Assembly: GCA_963514005.1 (NCBI GenBank)
Contig: OY740781.1
Span: 143,840,001 to 143,904,000 of the forward strand
Origin: Raja brachyura
Taxonomy: Eukaryota
Direction of reading: 5' to 3'
Length of the DNA stretch: 64,000 bases
Shown here: positions 24,960 to 37,600 of the stretch, in pieces
Layout of the letters: every line of letters begins with the position of its first letter
How positions within the stretch are numbered: position 1 is the first letter of the stretch
Notes under the pieces: model-generated
Seen by the model: only the letters and a program-made list of their open reading frames with translations
Databases searched by the model: none
Told to the model about the DNA's origin: nothing
Translations under genes and position numbers: made by a program

Positions 24960-25110
24960 AAAGGCTTGGCAGGTACATGGATAGGAAAGGTTTGGAAGGA
25001 TACGAGTTAAATGCAGGCAGGTGGAATTAGTGTAGATGGGACACCTTGGTTGTCAAGGACAGTTTGGGTCGAAGGGCCCGTTTCCATGCTGTATGATTCT
25101 GTGACTCTAT
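24960..25110 (+). mobile_element. CR1 3' tail
   Basis: aggtacatggatagg...gggcccgtttccatgctgtatgattctgtgactctatgac. Confidence 0.75.
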
Positions 25111-25404
25111 GACCCATTCGTGATGTATATTTCTTGCATAATATTCAGAATTATGCCCATTGGCTGGAGCCAAGATAAACATTATTTTACTCGCTGGAGA
25201 TTTGGCTTGGGTTTGGAAAAGTAATAAAAAGACTTGTTTTGTTTTACTGCTCAGCGAAGCATAATTGTTATTGAGATAAAGACAATATTTCCTTTGTCTC
25301 TGTGTGTACTTGTGACGGTCTTCACCCGTGACATTTATTTCATTTAATAAAAAGAAAAATCATTCTAGTTTAGTTGACACTTTTCTTTTTGCTTGTTTAT
25401 TTAG

Positions 25405-25521
25405 GTTAGCATAGGCTGTCCAGAAAAGATGGAGCCCATAACAAAGATATCACATGTTCCTGCCAGCAGATGGGCATTAGTGTGCAGCTTGTGCACCGAG
25501 AAGGCTGGAGCCTGCATACAG
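25405..25521 (+). CDS. JADE1: JADE1 coding exon, PHD2 start (not in the ORF track)
   Basis: tatttag|GTT...ATACAG|gtttga, 117 nt. Encodes [39 protein letters not shown]. Confidence 0.96.
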
Positions 25522-25686
25522 GTTTGAAAAATAATAATCGTACTCTTATTTTCCAGCAAGTTTTCAAGTATAACATCAGATAACTGTTTTCGTATTAATG
25601 AACATGAGGTAAAGTTTCATCAAATGAGATTTAAGCTCATTTTGTTAAAAGGCATACCTTAAAAATAATTAGGAGTATGATATTTA

Positions 25687-25901
25687 CAGTGCCATCCATT
25701 ATGTTTGGGACATGTATTTATTTGCCTCTGTACTCCGCAATTTAAGATTTGTTATAGAAAAAACATCACGTGCTTAAAGTGCACATTGTCAGATTTTAAT
25801 AAAGGTCAATTTTATACATTTTGGTTTCACCGTGTAGAAATTACAGCAATGTTTATACATAGTCGTCGTCGTCCCCCCCCCCCCCCCCCCCATTCCAGGG
25901 C
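25687..25901. mobile_element. Solo TIR of the same Tc1 family
   Basis: TA|CAGTGCCATCCATTATGTTTGGGACA..., colinear with 22687-22900. Confidence 0.85.
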
Positions 25902-26250
25902 TTGGTTCTCTGCATGGGCGGAAATCGCTTTTAAAACAAAGAGGAGAGAGGGCAGAGGAGAACGATCGCATGTTATAACGCACTGCTGACACATTCTGAC
26001 CACCGCTGCCGAACAACCCCCCCCCCATTACACCCTTCTTCACGGCGGCCCTGTTATGTCTTGGGTCTGACAATTCGAGGGACCTACCCAGTAACAACAC
26101 TAAGAGCAGCTCCGGGCCGCTGTGCTCTCCAACTCGAATTGACTCGACTCCTAACTGACACGCTCCATCCTGCGCTGAGCTTGCTGCGGGCCAGACAAAA
26201 TCTCGTGGCAGGCCAGATGTGGCCCGCGGGCCATTGTTTGGAGACCCCTG
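25902..26250. mobile_element. hAT (Charlie-like) DNA transposon end fragment
   Basis: Ends ggccagatgtggcccgcgggccattgtttggagacccctg (reverse complement CAGGGGTCTCCAAAC), typical of hAT termini. The other end was not found. Confidence 0.55.
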
Positions 26251-27314
26251 ATGTATGTGTACGTATGTACGCATGATACGGTAATTACAGTTAGCACTGG
26301 CTTAATTGGGAAGAGTGCAGCGCTAGCTAGCTTCCGTCAGAGGTGGGTGGGAGCACTTAAAGGGGTAAAGGGGCCGGAGAATAGGCCAAAGTTACATTTT
26401 GACATACAAGAAAATATGGGGGAATGTCCCCAACTCTCGAAACATGGGGAGACACATTCTCATTGGGGTAATTTTCTACCCCAAACTGCATATTTATCAA
26501 CATCATTGCAACAGGTTCTAGAAATTGGATAGAAAACCAAAAATATCTGGAAGTATTCAGCAGCTTAAGAGTGTCTATGGGGAAAGAGCACCAAACTGGA
26601 AAGTTTACTCTGATTCTTCACAGATGCTTCCTGATTTACTGTGTATTTCCAACATTTGCTATGTATTTTAAATCAGTAACTTTTGGTTAGAGTTTACTTC
26701 CACTGGCCAGTAGATTATTCTTTGTTCTTTGATCCTCATTATTTTGAACATCAATTTAAATCCATCCTCTCAAAGAAGCTCAATCTCCACTTCTCCAGCC
26801 TTTCCCCATTACCACGGTCACCCACCCCTTGCACCTTTCTTTACAGAGCTACCCCTGGCCTCGAAGTCTTTCCTATTAATTGATGCTTCAAATTGTTTGT
26901 TGCATCACTGCACAGCTGAGTCTTATCCCAATTACTTTTAAAGAATCAGGGTAATTTCCTTCATTACACTCTATAGTTCTTTGTATAAAGTTAAATAATG
27001 GATATATTTTATTCCTCTCTAAATTAAACAGTTTCCTTGATTTTTAGTTACATTAGGTAACTGTTCCCAGCATTGAGGGTAAGAAAAGGCTGTTTCTCTC
27101 CACTTAAATCAGATTTATGTTTTGTTCTTTCTGTTAGGATAGCAATATGGTTTTGATCATGTTCTTAATGGAAATTTGCACTGATTTCCTCCCCCTTTAA
27201 AATTAATTAACACGATTGCAAAGGAATAGCTGATGTAGGAGAACAGTCTACATGACAGACTGAAATATACTGTCTTCTATAACGACTATGCTTTAATTTT
27301 GTTAATGCCTACAG

Positions 27315-27824
27315 TGTTCAGTGAAGAACTGTCGAACAGCCTTTCATGTGACTTGCGCTTTTGATCGCAGTTTGGAAATGAAGACCATACTGGCGGAAAA
27401 TGATGAAGTGAAGTTCAAGTCATATTGCCCAAAGCACAGCAGCAAGGAGCCAGGCGAGGGAACCAAAGACTATTCCACTACGGAGATGGAGGAGAAGCCC
27501 ACCATTGTGGAGAGCGCTCTGGACAGCATGGACCAGACTCAGGCGGAGGCTGAAAGGATCAGTCTCCGAAAGCAGAAACTCCAACAGCTGGAGGACGAAT
27601 TTTATAACTTTGTCAGCATCTCTGAAGTGTCCCAGCACTTGAAACTGTCCGAGGAGCTTGTGGATTTTATTTACCAGTACTGGAAAGGAAAAAGGAAGAG
27701 CAATTTAAACAAGCCTCTCTTCACTCCCAAAAAGGACGAGGAGGACAATCTGGCAAAGCAGGAGCAAGATGTCTTGTTCAGACGGCTGCAGCTCTTCACC
27801 CACCTCCGACAGGACCTTGAGAGG
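27315..27824 (+). CDS. JADE1: JADE1 coding exon, PHD2 end and ING/MEAF6-binding region
   Basis: cctacag|TGT...GAGAGG|gtgagt, 510 nt. Encodes [17 protein letters not shown]...KFKSYCPKH...[17 protein letters not shown]. Confidence 0.97.
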
Positions 27825-29784
27825 GTGAGTGCTGTTGCTTGGAGCTGCAATTCTGCAATTTAATATCATCCTCCCTGCAAATTTCCCCTGCTTTTAGCAA
27901 ATTCATGTTGTGATTCTGAATGTTTTTGCCATTGCTTTTTATTCAGCTGGTCTTTATAAGACAAATTCAATTTTTATTCTGTCTGTCTTTGAAGGATATT
28001 CTTCCATTTGTAAAATTCCCACCATCTAGATGGGTGCACGTTTTCATCACCATCTGTGCTGCGTCAAACTGGAAGAAACATGTTGGATAAATTATCCCAT
28101 GCAAGGGGATGCAGATTGGTGCTGAGTCATCAGTAACTCACTTAGTAAAGCAATCCAGCGCACTTCAAGAATGTTAACCTTATGGTGCACTGTTTTGCCC
28201 TCGGTCAGGGAGAAAGTTCTACTGCTGCCATCAGTAAAATCTTCCAACTCTCCACCCCCCAGTTAAGCTGTTCAAATTTGACTATTGAATAAGGAAGAGG
28301 CAATAACATTTTGAAGGAATTTCTGTCCATCCAAAAACTCCTTATTGGTGTCACTCTATTTTTATGTAAAATAAGAATTCCTTTTGGAACTCTGCAGTAA
28401 ATATTTGACAATAGTTTTGCAATTGGTGACCAAAGTACTACATTTAAACACAGAGCGATATTTTCCGTGCTGGCATAAGGGGGTGTTCTGTCACATCTGC
28501 ATTAATTTATTTGCATTGAATTGGAGAAGTAGAACCGTGACATTTTGATAGGAAAGTAAAGAACATTATTGTAACTGCAGAATAAGAAGTTGTTGAGCTT
28601 GCTTATAGTTTCACTTCTGGTGCTTCTAGGCACAACCGTGCTGGCTGAGTTGACTGCGGAATGAAGAATTTGGATCCTTGTTAACTGTTCCTGCTGATGG
28701 GGAAAATAGAGGGGAAATGTTCTGCTGAAGCTCTTGTTTGCACTGATTGAGAACTTAACCGCTGGGAAGATTGTATTTGTTGTGAGAACAGTGGTTTCCC
28801 ACTGGTCAACTCGCGGGACCTATTCATCTTAATTTTTATCAAGGTGCTCAAGCCAGCCTTTGTGTTTTCAGCCGTGCCCCTCAATGGCAAGATTTTAATG
28901 GGCAGCCTGGGGTGGCTGCACCTTATCATAACCGCTTCTCGGCAACTACCTTCCAACACTTCATATATGGGAAACTAAGCAGTCTCAACGTTGTGTCCAG
29001 AGTGGTTCTGTGCCAATAAAGAGTGATTTGAATTCTATAAAGCCTCAGCTGAAAGTCAGGTTGATATTTTGTAAACTAGAAAATATACTCTTCAGTATTT
29101 GAAAAAATTGATTTAGGAAAGATTGGTTGGTCAGACAATCAGGAAGGTATGAGAATCAGACACATGGTACATTTTACAAGAAGAGTGGTGCTTTATATTA
29201 TTTCAGAAGATCCAGTTTTATTTTGCAACTTGTCCTCCTCCAAGTTGTTTGTTTACTGGAAAGATGCTTGGTGAAAAATCTTGTTTTTTGCTTTTTATTC
29301 TCCTCCCTTCACCATTGGAGACTTTGGCTATTAACGTAACAACTAAAGGAGTAACTTGATTAAATTTGACTTGAAATGCACATTGTTTCCAATATCACAT
29401 TTCTCTTCTTCTATGAGTGTTTGCCACCAGGAAGGGAAAGTTCCTCTGGAAAAAACCTAAAAGGAGTTAAATAAAATTAGGTACTTGGAGTAGCAAAATG
29501 CACTGTTTATCTGCTGTGAGTTTGAAACCTTCTGAGGGCACAAATGATTATTTAAATCTGAAGTCAATACACATCTTTCACTTCCTCGTATACTTAACTT
29601 GAAACAGAAAACGCTTGAAGTGCTCTGCAGGTCACTTCTAAGTTTTCATCAGAAGTTTTGTTTACAAAGTTCAGTTTCAAATTTTATAGGTAAATCCTCG
29701 CATGGATGCAAGTTTTGTGAAGACATGAAAAAGGTATTGTAGATATTTTCCCAGAGAACTTAAAGCATCCTACAAAGATGTGCA

Positions 29785-29940
29785 GCTGCTCCTGACGTCC
29801 CCTCTCTCCCCCACATCCCCTCCGAGTCCCATCGCATGACAGGCTGAAGAAGGGTCTCCACCCAAAATGTCACCTATTCCTTTTCTCCAGAGATGCTGTC
29901 TGACCCACTGAGTTAGTCCAATTTTTTTTTTGCGTCTCTC
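29785..29940 (+). mobile_element. Penelope pLTR fragment
   Basis: ctgaagaagggtctccacccaaaatgtcacctattcc...gatgctgtctgacccactgag, with a decayed hammerhead core. Confidence 0.7.
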
Positions 29941-31688
29941 CTCCCTATACCTTCCCTGTTCATCGCTTCAGGTATTAAGCAAAGGCTCTAAAGATCTTGC
30001 CATTCCACTGATTATCACTGGGAGGTTGGTGGATTTCTGGAAGACCACAAAGTAACCATGTGCCATGCATTTTTTGCACCAGGACCTGCAAATCCCAGGC
30101 ACTTGTCTCCTAACTATTGAGGCCACAAATTCTCAGCTTTGTTCCTGATCCAAATGGAATAAGTTCCTTCTTAATGGAGCAATGGCAGATTAAGGAAGGC
30201 AAAAGCATTCATGAGTTTCTCCAGGTTGTTACCCTGTTGCATGGATATGGAGATGATGGAGAAATAGGTCTGGCTTCCTATAACACTCACTGCCGAGGGC
30301 AATAAATGAATCATTGCCATTAGGTAAGGAATTGGAAGACGAAACTGCCTTTGGAACAATTCCTCGGCATTAAATCAAAGGCACACCAATACTTTATTGT
30401 TTCTTTGTTGAAAATACTCGATAACTAAGCTCCAGAATTCTGCGGGCGGGATGGGAGCACGTTTTATTCAAGATTAACAAAGCCGTAATAATGGAAATTG
30501 TGACTTTAATGCAGCAAATATTACAAACGGTTGTTAGTTCTCCTTGTTTTTCTGTAGATTCATATTAAGAAATTCTTAAGAATTCTGCCATTATTTCTCC
30601 TTCATGTGGCTTGCCATCTTGCCACTTGTGTGGGGCTCCATATTCAGGTTAGCTTCCCCATTTACCTTTCCATTAGTTGTGACCGCACCTCAAGCAGCAA
30701 TTCATCAGTTGCCATCTGAGGATGTAATAAGATGTTGCATCAGTGCTACCCCTGACATCCCCCCCCACCCCACATCAGCAAGTTATTGATAAATGTTAAC
30801 AACCTTAATGCTTGAATATTGTTCTGGGGATGGGTGGGGGGGACGTCATAGAGTTTGCATCATTCCTCTCTGGATTGCCCCTCCATGATTCCTAGTTTCC
30901 ATTTGAAGCTTGAGAGCGAGTCTTTGGCAGTGAAGATGATGGATTAATTTGACATAGTGCAGCATAATATATTTTATTTTAATTTTATTTTATATATAAA
31001 CTATGCATTATGTATGTTATATATTATATACATTGTATATTACATGTATATAAAATATCTCTCACACACACGATTTTCAAAAGTGCAGAAATTGTTAGCC
31101 TTTGGCTAATAGGAAATAATTTGGGCTAGTGACGGTTATGACTGCTAGCAAAACTGTAATGATTGTTTAAAGGTTTATGTCCATAAAATTACACTTGTCT
31201 ATTTCAACAGTTAAGTAAATGTGCCGACCTGCATTAAACTCTGCTGTTATGAACTAAGTCCTCCAACTACTTTATAAATCAGTAAATAATATTTATTTTT
31301 ACCATTTTTCTAGTTGTTTATTTGTGTTATATTTCTTTATATCTCAATCTCAGGGTTTGTATGACATTCATGTGCAGCTTGATCTGGGCGTGCAGCTTGT
31401 GAAATATCTTCTAGTCTCGGGTAACCTGCTGTGCACCCAGCATAAGGTCATGCAGCATGGAAACTCATGGTGTATGTGATCAGCCAAAAGTGTGTTACGC
31501 CTTTTAATTCACGTTGGGTTGGTCCTTTGTTTTAGTTTTTGGCCTGCTTTTAATTTGTTGTGTTTGTCCATCTATTTACGTTGGTGCTTAGTTGTTGCAA
31601 CTTATTAATAATCTGTGAATGCCAGCAGATTGGCTGCTGAAACTGTACAGCAGAGAATGAGTCAGGCGATTGTGAGCTCCATGTGGGT

Positions 31689-34670
31689 ATAGAAACATAG
31701 GTGCAGGAGTAGACCATTCGGTCCATCGAGCCAGCACTTCCATTCAATATGATCATGGCTGATCATCTAAAATCAGTACCCCGTTCTTGCTTTTTTCCCC
31801 ATATCCCTTGATCACAGCCCTAAGAGCTAAATCTTACTCCCTCTTGAAAACATCCAGTGAATTAGACTTCACTGCCTTCTGTGGCAGAGAATTCCACAGA
31901 TTCACAACTCTCTGGGTGAAATTTGTTTTCTCCTCTTCTCAGTCCTAAATGGCATAACTCTTATTATTAAACTGTGACCCCTGATTCTGGACTTTCCCAA
32001 CATCGGAAACATTTTTTCCTGCATCTAGCCTGTCCAATCCTTTAAGAATTTTATATGTTTCTATGAGATCTCTTCTCGTCCTTATAAATTCCAGTGAATA
32101 GAAGCCCAGTCGATTCATTCTTTCATCATAGGTCAGTCCCGCTATCCCAGGAATTAACCTGGTGAACCTACGCTGCACTCCCTCAATAGCCATAAATGTC
32201 CTTCCTCAAATTAGGAGACACAAAATTGCACACAATACTCCAGGTGCGGTCTCATCAGGGCCCTGTACAACTGCAGTGGGACCTCTTTGGTCCTAAACTC
32301 AAATCCTCAAAGAGGGCCAACATGCCATTCGCTTTCTTCACTGCCTGCTGTACCTGCATGCTTACTTTCATTGACTGATGAACAAGTACCCCCAGATCCC
32401 GTTGTACTTCCCCTTTTCCCAACTTGACACCATTTAGATAATAATCTGCCTTCCTGTTTTTGCTACCATAGTGGATAACCTCACATTTATCCACATTAAA
32501 CTGCATCTTCCATGCGTCTGCCCACACACCCAACCTGTCCAAGTCGCCCAACATTCTCATTGCATCCTCCTCACAGTTCACACTGCCACCCAGCTTTGTG
32601 TCATCTGCAAATTTGCTAATATTACTTTGAATCCCTTCATCTAAATGGTTGATGTATATTGTAAATTGCTGTGGTCCCAGCACCGAGCCTTGCGGCACCC
32701 CAGTGGTCACTCCCTGCCATTCTGAAAGGGACCTGTTAATCCCTACTCTTTGTTTCCTGTCTGCCAGCCAGTATTTGCAGTTCCTTCTTACACAGTTCTC
32801 TATCCATGTCAATGCCCTACCCCCAATACCATGTGCTCTAATTTTGCACACTAATCTCTTGTGTGGGACCATGTCAAAGGCATTTTGAAAGTCCAGGTAC
32901 ATTACATCCACTGGCTCTCCCTTATCCATTCCACATGTTACATCCTCAAAGAAATTCCAGAAGATTAGTCGAATGTGATTTCTCCTTCATAAATCCATGT
33001 TGACTTTGACCGATCCTGTCACTGCTTTCCAAATGCGCTGCTATAACATCTTTAATTATTGACTCCAGCATCTTCCCCACTACCGACATAACGCTAACTG
33101 GTCTATAATTCCCTGGTTTCTCTCTCCCTCTTTTCTTAAAAAGTGTAGTTACATTGGCTACTATGCAGTCCACAGTAACTGATCCAGAGTCTATAGAACT
33201 TTGTAAAATGATCACCAATGCATCCACGATTTCTTTGGCCACCCCCTTGGGTACTCTGGGATGCAGACGATCAGTCCCTGGAGATTTATCTGCCTTCAGT
33301 CCCAACAGTTTACCGAACACCATGTCCTGACTAATGTGGATTCCCTTCAGTTCCCTCCTACTAGATCCTCAGTCCCCGAGTATTTCTGTGAGATTGTTTG
33401 TGCCTTCCTTAGTGAAGACAGAACCAAAGTACTTGTTTAACTGGTCTGCCATTTCCTTGTTTTCCATTATAAATTCACCTGTCTCTGACTGTAAAGGGCC
33501 TGTCCTACCAGCATCCGACTCCATGCGATGAACGCGATCAAACTAGAAGCGGGGGCCGCGCGGAGGTCGGGTGATCCCCTGTACAGGGCCGTTCCCACCA
33601 GCATGCGGCAAGTGCGACCAAACCGGCTGCAGGGGCCGCGCGGAGGTCGGGTGAGTGGCGCAACGCGGCGCAAAGTGAGGTGAACTTCGAGCGAAGTCTA
33701 AGGTAAGTTCGCCAGGACAGAGAGGGGCACACAGAGAGGGGCACAGAGGCACACACACACAGAGGGCCACGGAGCCACACACATAGAGGGTCACGGTGGC
33801 ACCTACAGATAGGTTCACGGAGGCACGATGTCGAGGTGGTGTGTAATGCGTCGAGGCGACTGCGAGCCGACAAGCTGTTGCCGCGCGGAATTTTTGAACA
33901 TAGTCAGTTTTTCGGAGCCCCGCGCGATGTCGGGCCCAATTCCGCACGTCTCCGGCGATCGAAGTGGGACCGGCCCCGCGACGCCGGACGGCTCAAGCGA
34001 CCACGTTAGGTCGCGCTAATCGCATAGAGTTGCATAGAGTAGGACAGGCCCTTAAGGGACCTACATTTGTCTTCACTAATCTTTTCCTTTTTACATATCT
34101 AAAGAAGCTTTCCGAGTCAGTCTTTATATTCACCGCAAACTTTCTTTCATGCTCTTTTTTTCCTCCTGTTAATTAACCCCTTTGTCCTCCTCTGTTGAGT
34201 TCTAAATTTCTCCCAGTGCTCCGGTTTGCTGCTTCCTCTGGCCAACTTCTGGTCTCTTCCCTGGATTTACCACTCTCCTTGATTTGCCTCATTAACCAAG
34301 GTTGAGCCGCCTTCGCAGTTTTATTTTTTCACCAGACACGGATGAACAATTTTTGGAGTTAATCCATGCAGTCTTTAAATCTTTGCCATTGCATCTTTAC
34401 CGTCAACCCTTTAGGTATAATTTGCCTGTCTATCCTAACTAATTCCCATCTCATACCTTGAAAGTCTCCTTTCTTTAAGTTCAGGACCCTAGTCTCTGAA
34501 TTAAGTGTGTCACTCTCCATCCTTATGCAGAATTCCACCATGTTATTGTCACCGTTGCCCAGGGGGCTTTGCATGACAAGATCACTAACTAATCCTTCCT
34601 CATTACACAATACCTAGGATGGCCTGCCCTCTAGTCGGTTTTTCTACATATTGGTCTAAAAAAAACATCC
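31689..34670 (-). mobile_element. CR1 LINE, about 2.4 kb of ORF2 plus 3' tail, interrupted by a MITE
   Basis: ORFs 32946-33323 (KSPG.D.LHPRV, NYRPVS, QHGF), 32255-32929 (YLDFQNAFD, GVPQGSVLGP, KFADDTKL), 31945-32193 and 34359-34610. Confidence 0.95.
33495..34052. mobile_element. PIF/Harbinger-type MITE, 558 bp
   Basis: TAA|AGGGCCTGTCCTAC...GTAGGACAGGCCCT|TAA. Removing it restores the CR1 sequence gactgtaagggacc. CpG-rich, with a duplicated ggggccgcgcggaggtcgggtga. Confidence 0.9.
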
Positions 34671-37600
34671 TGTATGGAGCGTGTAGTTGTTTCATGCATT
34701 AGGATTTTGGGAGATTACATCCAGTTAGCACAGAGCCACCTGCTTTTGTGGTTTTAAAGCATATGGGGATTCTGTAATAACTGTGGCACAACAAACACTT
34801 CCTTCCTACCACATTGCAGGAGAGATCAGATCATTTTCAGACAAGCTGCTTTACATTTGGCACAAAGCTGTATTGCACTTTTAAATTATTTGATTGAACT
34901 TCGATTGTGTGGATTTTTTTTCTGGGGTTGTGCAATAAATGAAACACAAATGAGCAAGAGGCAAAATGTTTGCTTAAATGGCAAGAACTGTTTTGTAAAA
35001 CTGCTTATTTTTGTGGTCCTGCCTTTTGGGATCTGTTCCATTGGTCTGCACTGCGTTCCCTCGTCATGTTCCAAAGTGTTCTCATAACATATCAGTGATT
35101 TTTCTTTCTTTTTACTTGGTACTAGTAGAGTTGCTGATCTAACATACAGTTTTGGCTTATATTTCCACATATCTAGAAATAGCTGTAATGCAAATAGCAC
35201 TGTGCTATTTTTTACCTTGTGGCATAAATATAGAATAATGACCAATGAAGGATGAGTTACAAGGAATTAGATTAGCAATCTAATGCGCGAGTTCATGCTA
35301 TTAGATTTCGATTGGATTACAACTCTGACCTTGCACTCTAATATCAATTTTCTGTCATTCATGGTTTAAAAAAACAACCAAATTCCATTTAACATTTTAA
35401 GTATTCATCCTTTAGGTATAAAACTTGCAGAAAATGAGAAGTGTAGCAGTGAGAATGGATGATTGGATTTGGGGTGAGTGGGTCTGAATTTGCTTGTCAT
35501 GTGCAACCATGCAGATTGAGGGACTTATTCTGATATTCTCTATAGGAACAGAAACCTAGTTACTGATTATTCTGCCTCGGTTTGTCATCTTTGAGATGAT
35601 GACATGTGCATTTCACACTATGTGGAACTGTCCCTAACTCTCGATCATTCAGATTGTTAACCATGCATAATCCTGATCACTTTTTAAAGGTTCCTTAGTG
35701 AATTAGCTATTCATTCACCAGACTAATTGAGAGGGCATAACTGTGAGAAAGCGCCCACGGATATGGTCAGCTATGTCTATGTGCATGGAGATTCTAGAAT
35801 TAAAATCATAATTATTTCTGTGGTATTGTATTAACATAATTTCTGTGCTGTTCTCTTAATGCTTATTTCAATTGTAGCAGTCAATCTGTTAAACACAGGA
35901 TTTCAGAAGTGATTCCATTCAGGCAGCTTGATGAGGTTCATATGGCATCAGGAATTGAAATGTAATTAATTTCCATCTGTACTGGTGCTATTAATTTGAA
36001 TTGATGTTGTTTTTGTTTTGTGATCCAATTTGGTGAATATTTTCATAAATCAACTGTTTTTAGCATGTTGAAAGGAGCCACTTTCTTCTGCAGAATTGAT
36101 TGTATGGAGGTGATTATTTTTCCACTTGCCTTTAAATGCAGCGTTAGAATTGATAGTGCCAGACAATCAGATTTTGGACATCCTCCATTCCATGATGAAG
36201 TGTGCTAAGTAGCGGTGTATCCAAAATATTTTGTGACAAAATCTTGTTGAGTTTGCAATGAGGACTGTGCCTGTTCTGGGTTTGAGGGGTAAGGTCCATT
36301 GTAACAGTTTGCAGTAGGGAATAAGCTGTAGATATTTGCTGTTGCAGCGTTACCCTGTATTCTTTCTAATCTGTACCTGCAAACAGGTGTGTCTCTGCTT
36401 TTCCCTTTATGGCTTTACTTTTCTTTCAAATTGTTGGCATTTACTTCTGTGCAGTATTGAATGTACAGTATTATGACATGTACTGTAATGAAATCCAATA
36501 AAATTGGGTCCATTCTTTTATATTGTACATACTGTGTGATTGACCTTATTTTCTGCTCTTATTCCTATCCTCTCTGAACCTGTCTTCTGAACTATTGCCA
36601 GCATAGCACAGTAATAATTACTGCATCCTCTTAGATGTGCACTGCTCTACCTCTCCATTTGCTAACAGTTACTGTTGTGTCGATTAATAGCTCCTTTCCG
36701 TGCATGTACATCTCACACTCCTGCGTACAAGCAATTTTTAATTGGTGTTGTGGAAATGCCTTGCGTGCTTAGGGTGAGGGAGTTGGGAGCACTTGCCCAA
36801 CACTATTCTCAATAGAGCAGATTTTACTCAGGACATTCAGTGGCTTCTAACTGAGTATTCAGCTATGGTAATCATTTCCATTAAATACTTTTATTTTTAA
36901 AACAATGTTTGGATGAAGGCCTCCCTTGGTGAAGGAAAGGTGTTAGATTCCTGGAGAACCCTTTGAACAATAATACAATTTGTATAGCGGCACATAAAGT
37001 AAACTCTTAGGTCTCACACAGGATACCTGTTGCTGTGGATATAATTTAATAAAACTGTCAGAAGCTGGTCAATCTCCTTTCCAGTAAAGATGCAGTAAAG
37101 CAGAAGCGATCACGTTTGTTTTCACAAGGTGAGATTGATCATTCATTCACCCTATTGCTTGATGGAGGAGTGTATATTTTGAAGACAGTGTTTATTTCAA
37201 AGACTCCTTCCCTGATGAAATGTTACTGGTTTTCAGGGACTTGCGTATGAAAGGTGGCATCCAAATGTGTTCCTTATTGTAGTCATGCTGGATGGATGCC
37301 GACCAAGGTGTCACACCTAAGCTAGTTGCATTTGCCCATGCTTGGCCCATATCCCTCTAAATCTTTCCTATCAATGTATCCGTCCAAGTGTCTTTTGATG
37401 TAGTGAAAAGCTGTCGAATGAAGGTTCGCTAACCGGGGGAGACCTATACCATATTAAATAAGTAACAGATGCCAGCAGTCTCCAGTGGTATTGCTGATGG
37501 TAAGTGCTGTAAAGGTGAGAGTGTTACACCAAATGTTGCCCTGTATGTAAATAACACACTCACTATTCTTCTGTCAAGTCTTTAAGACTATAAGGTTTAA

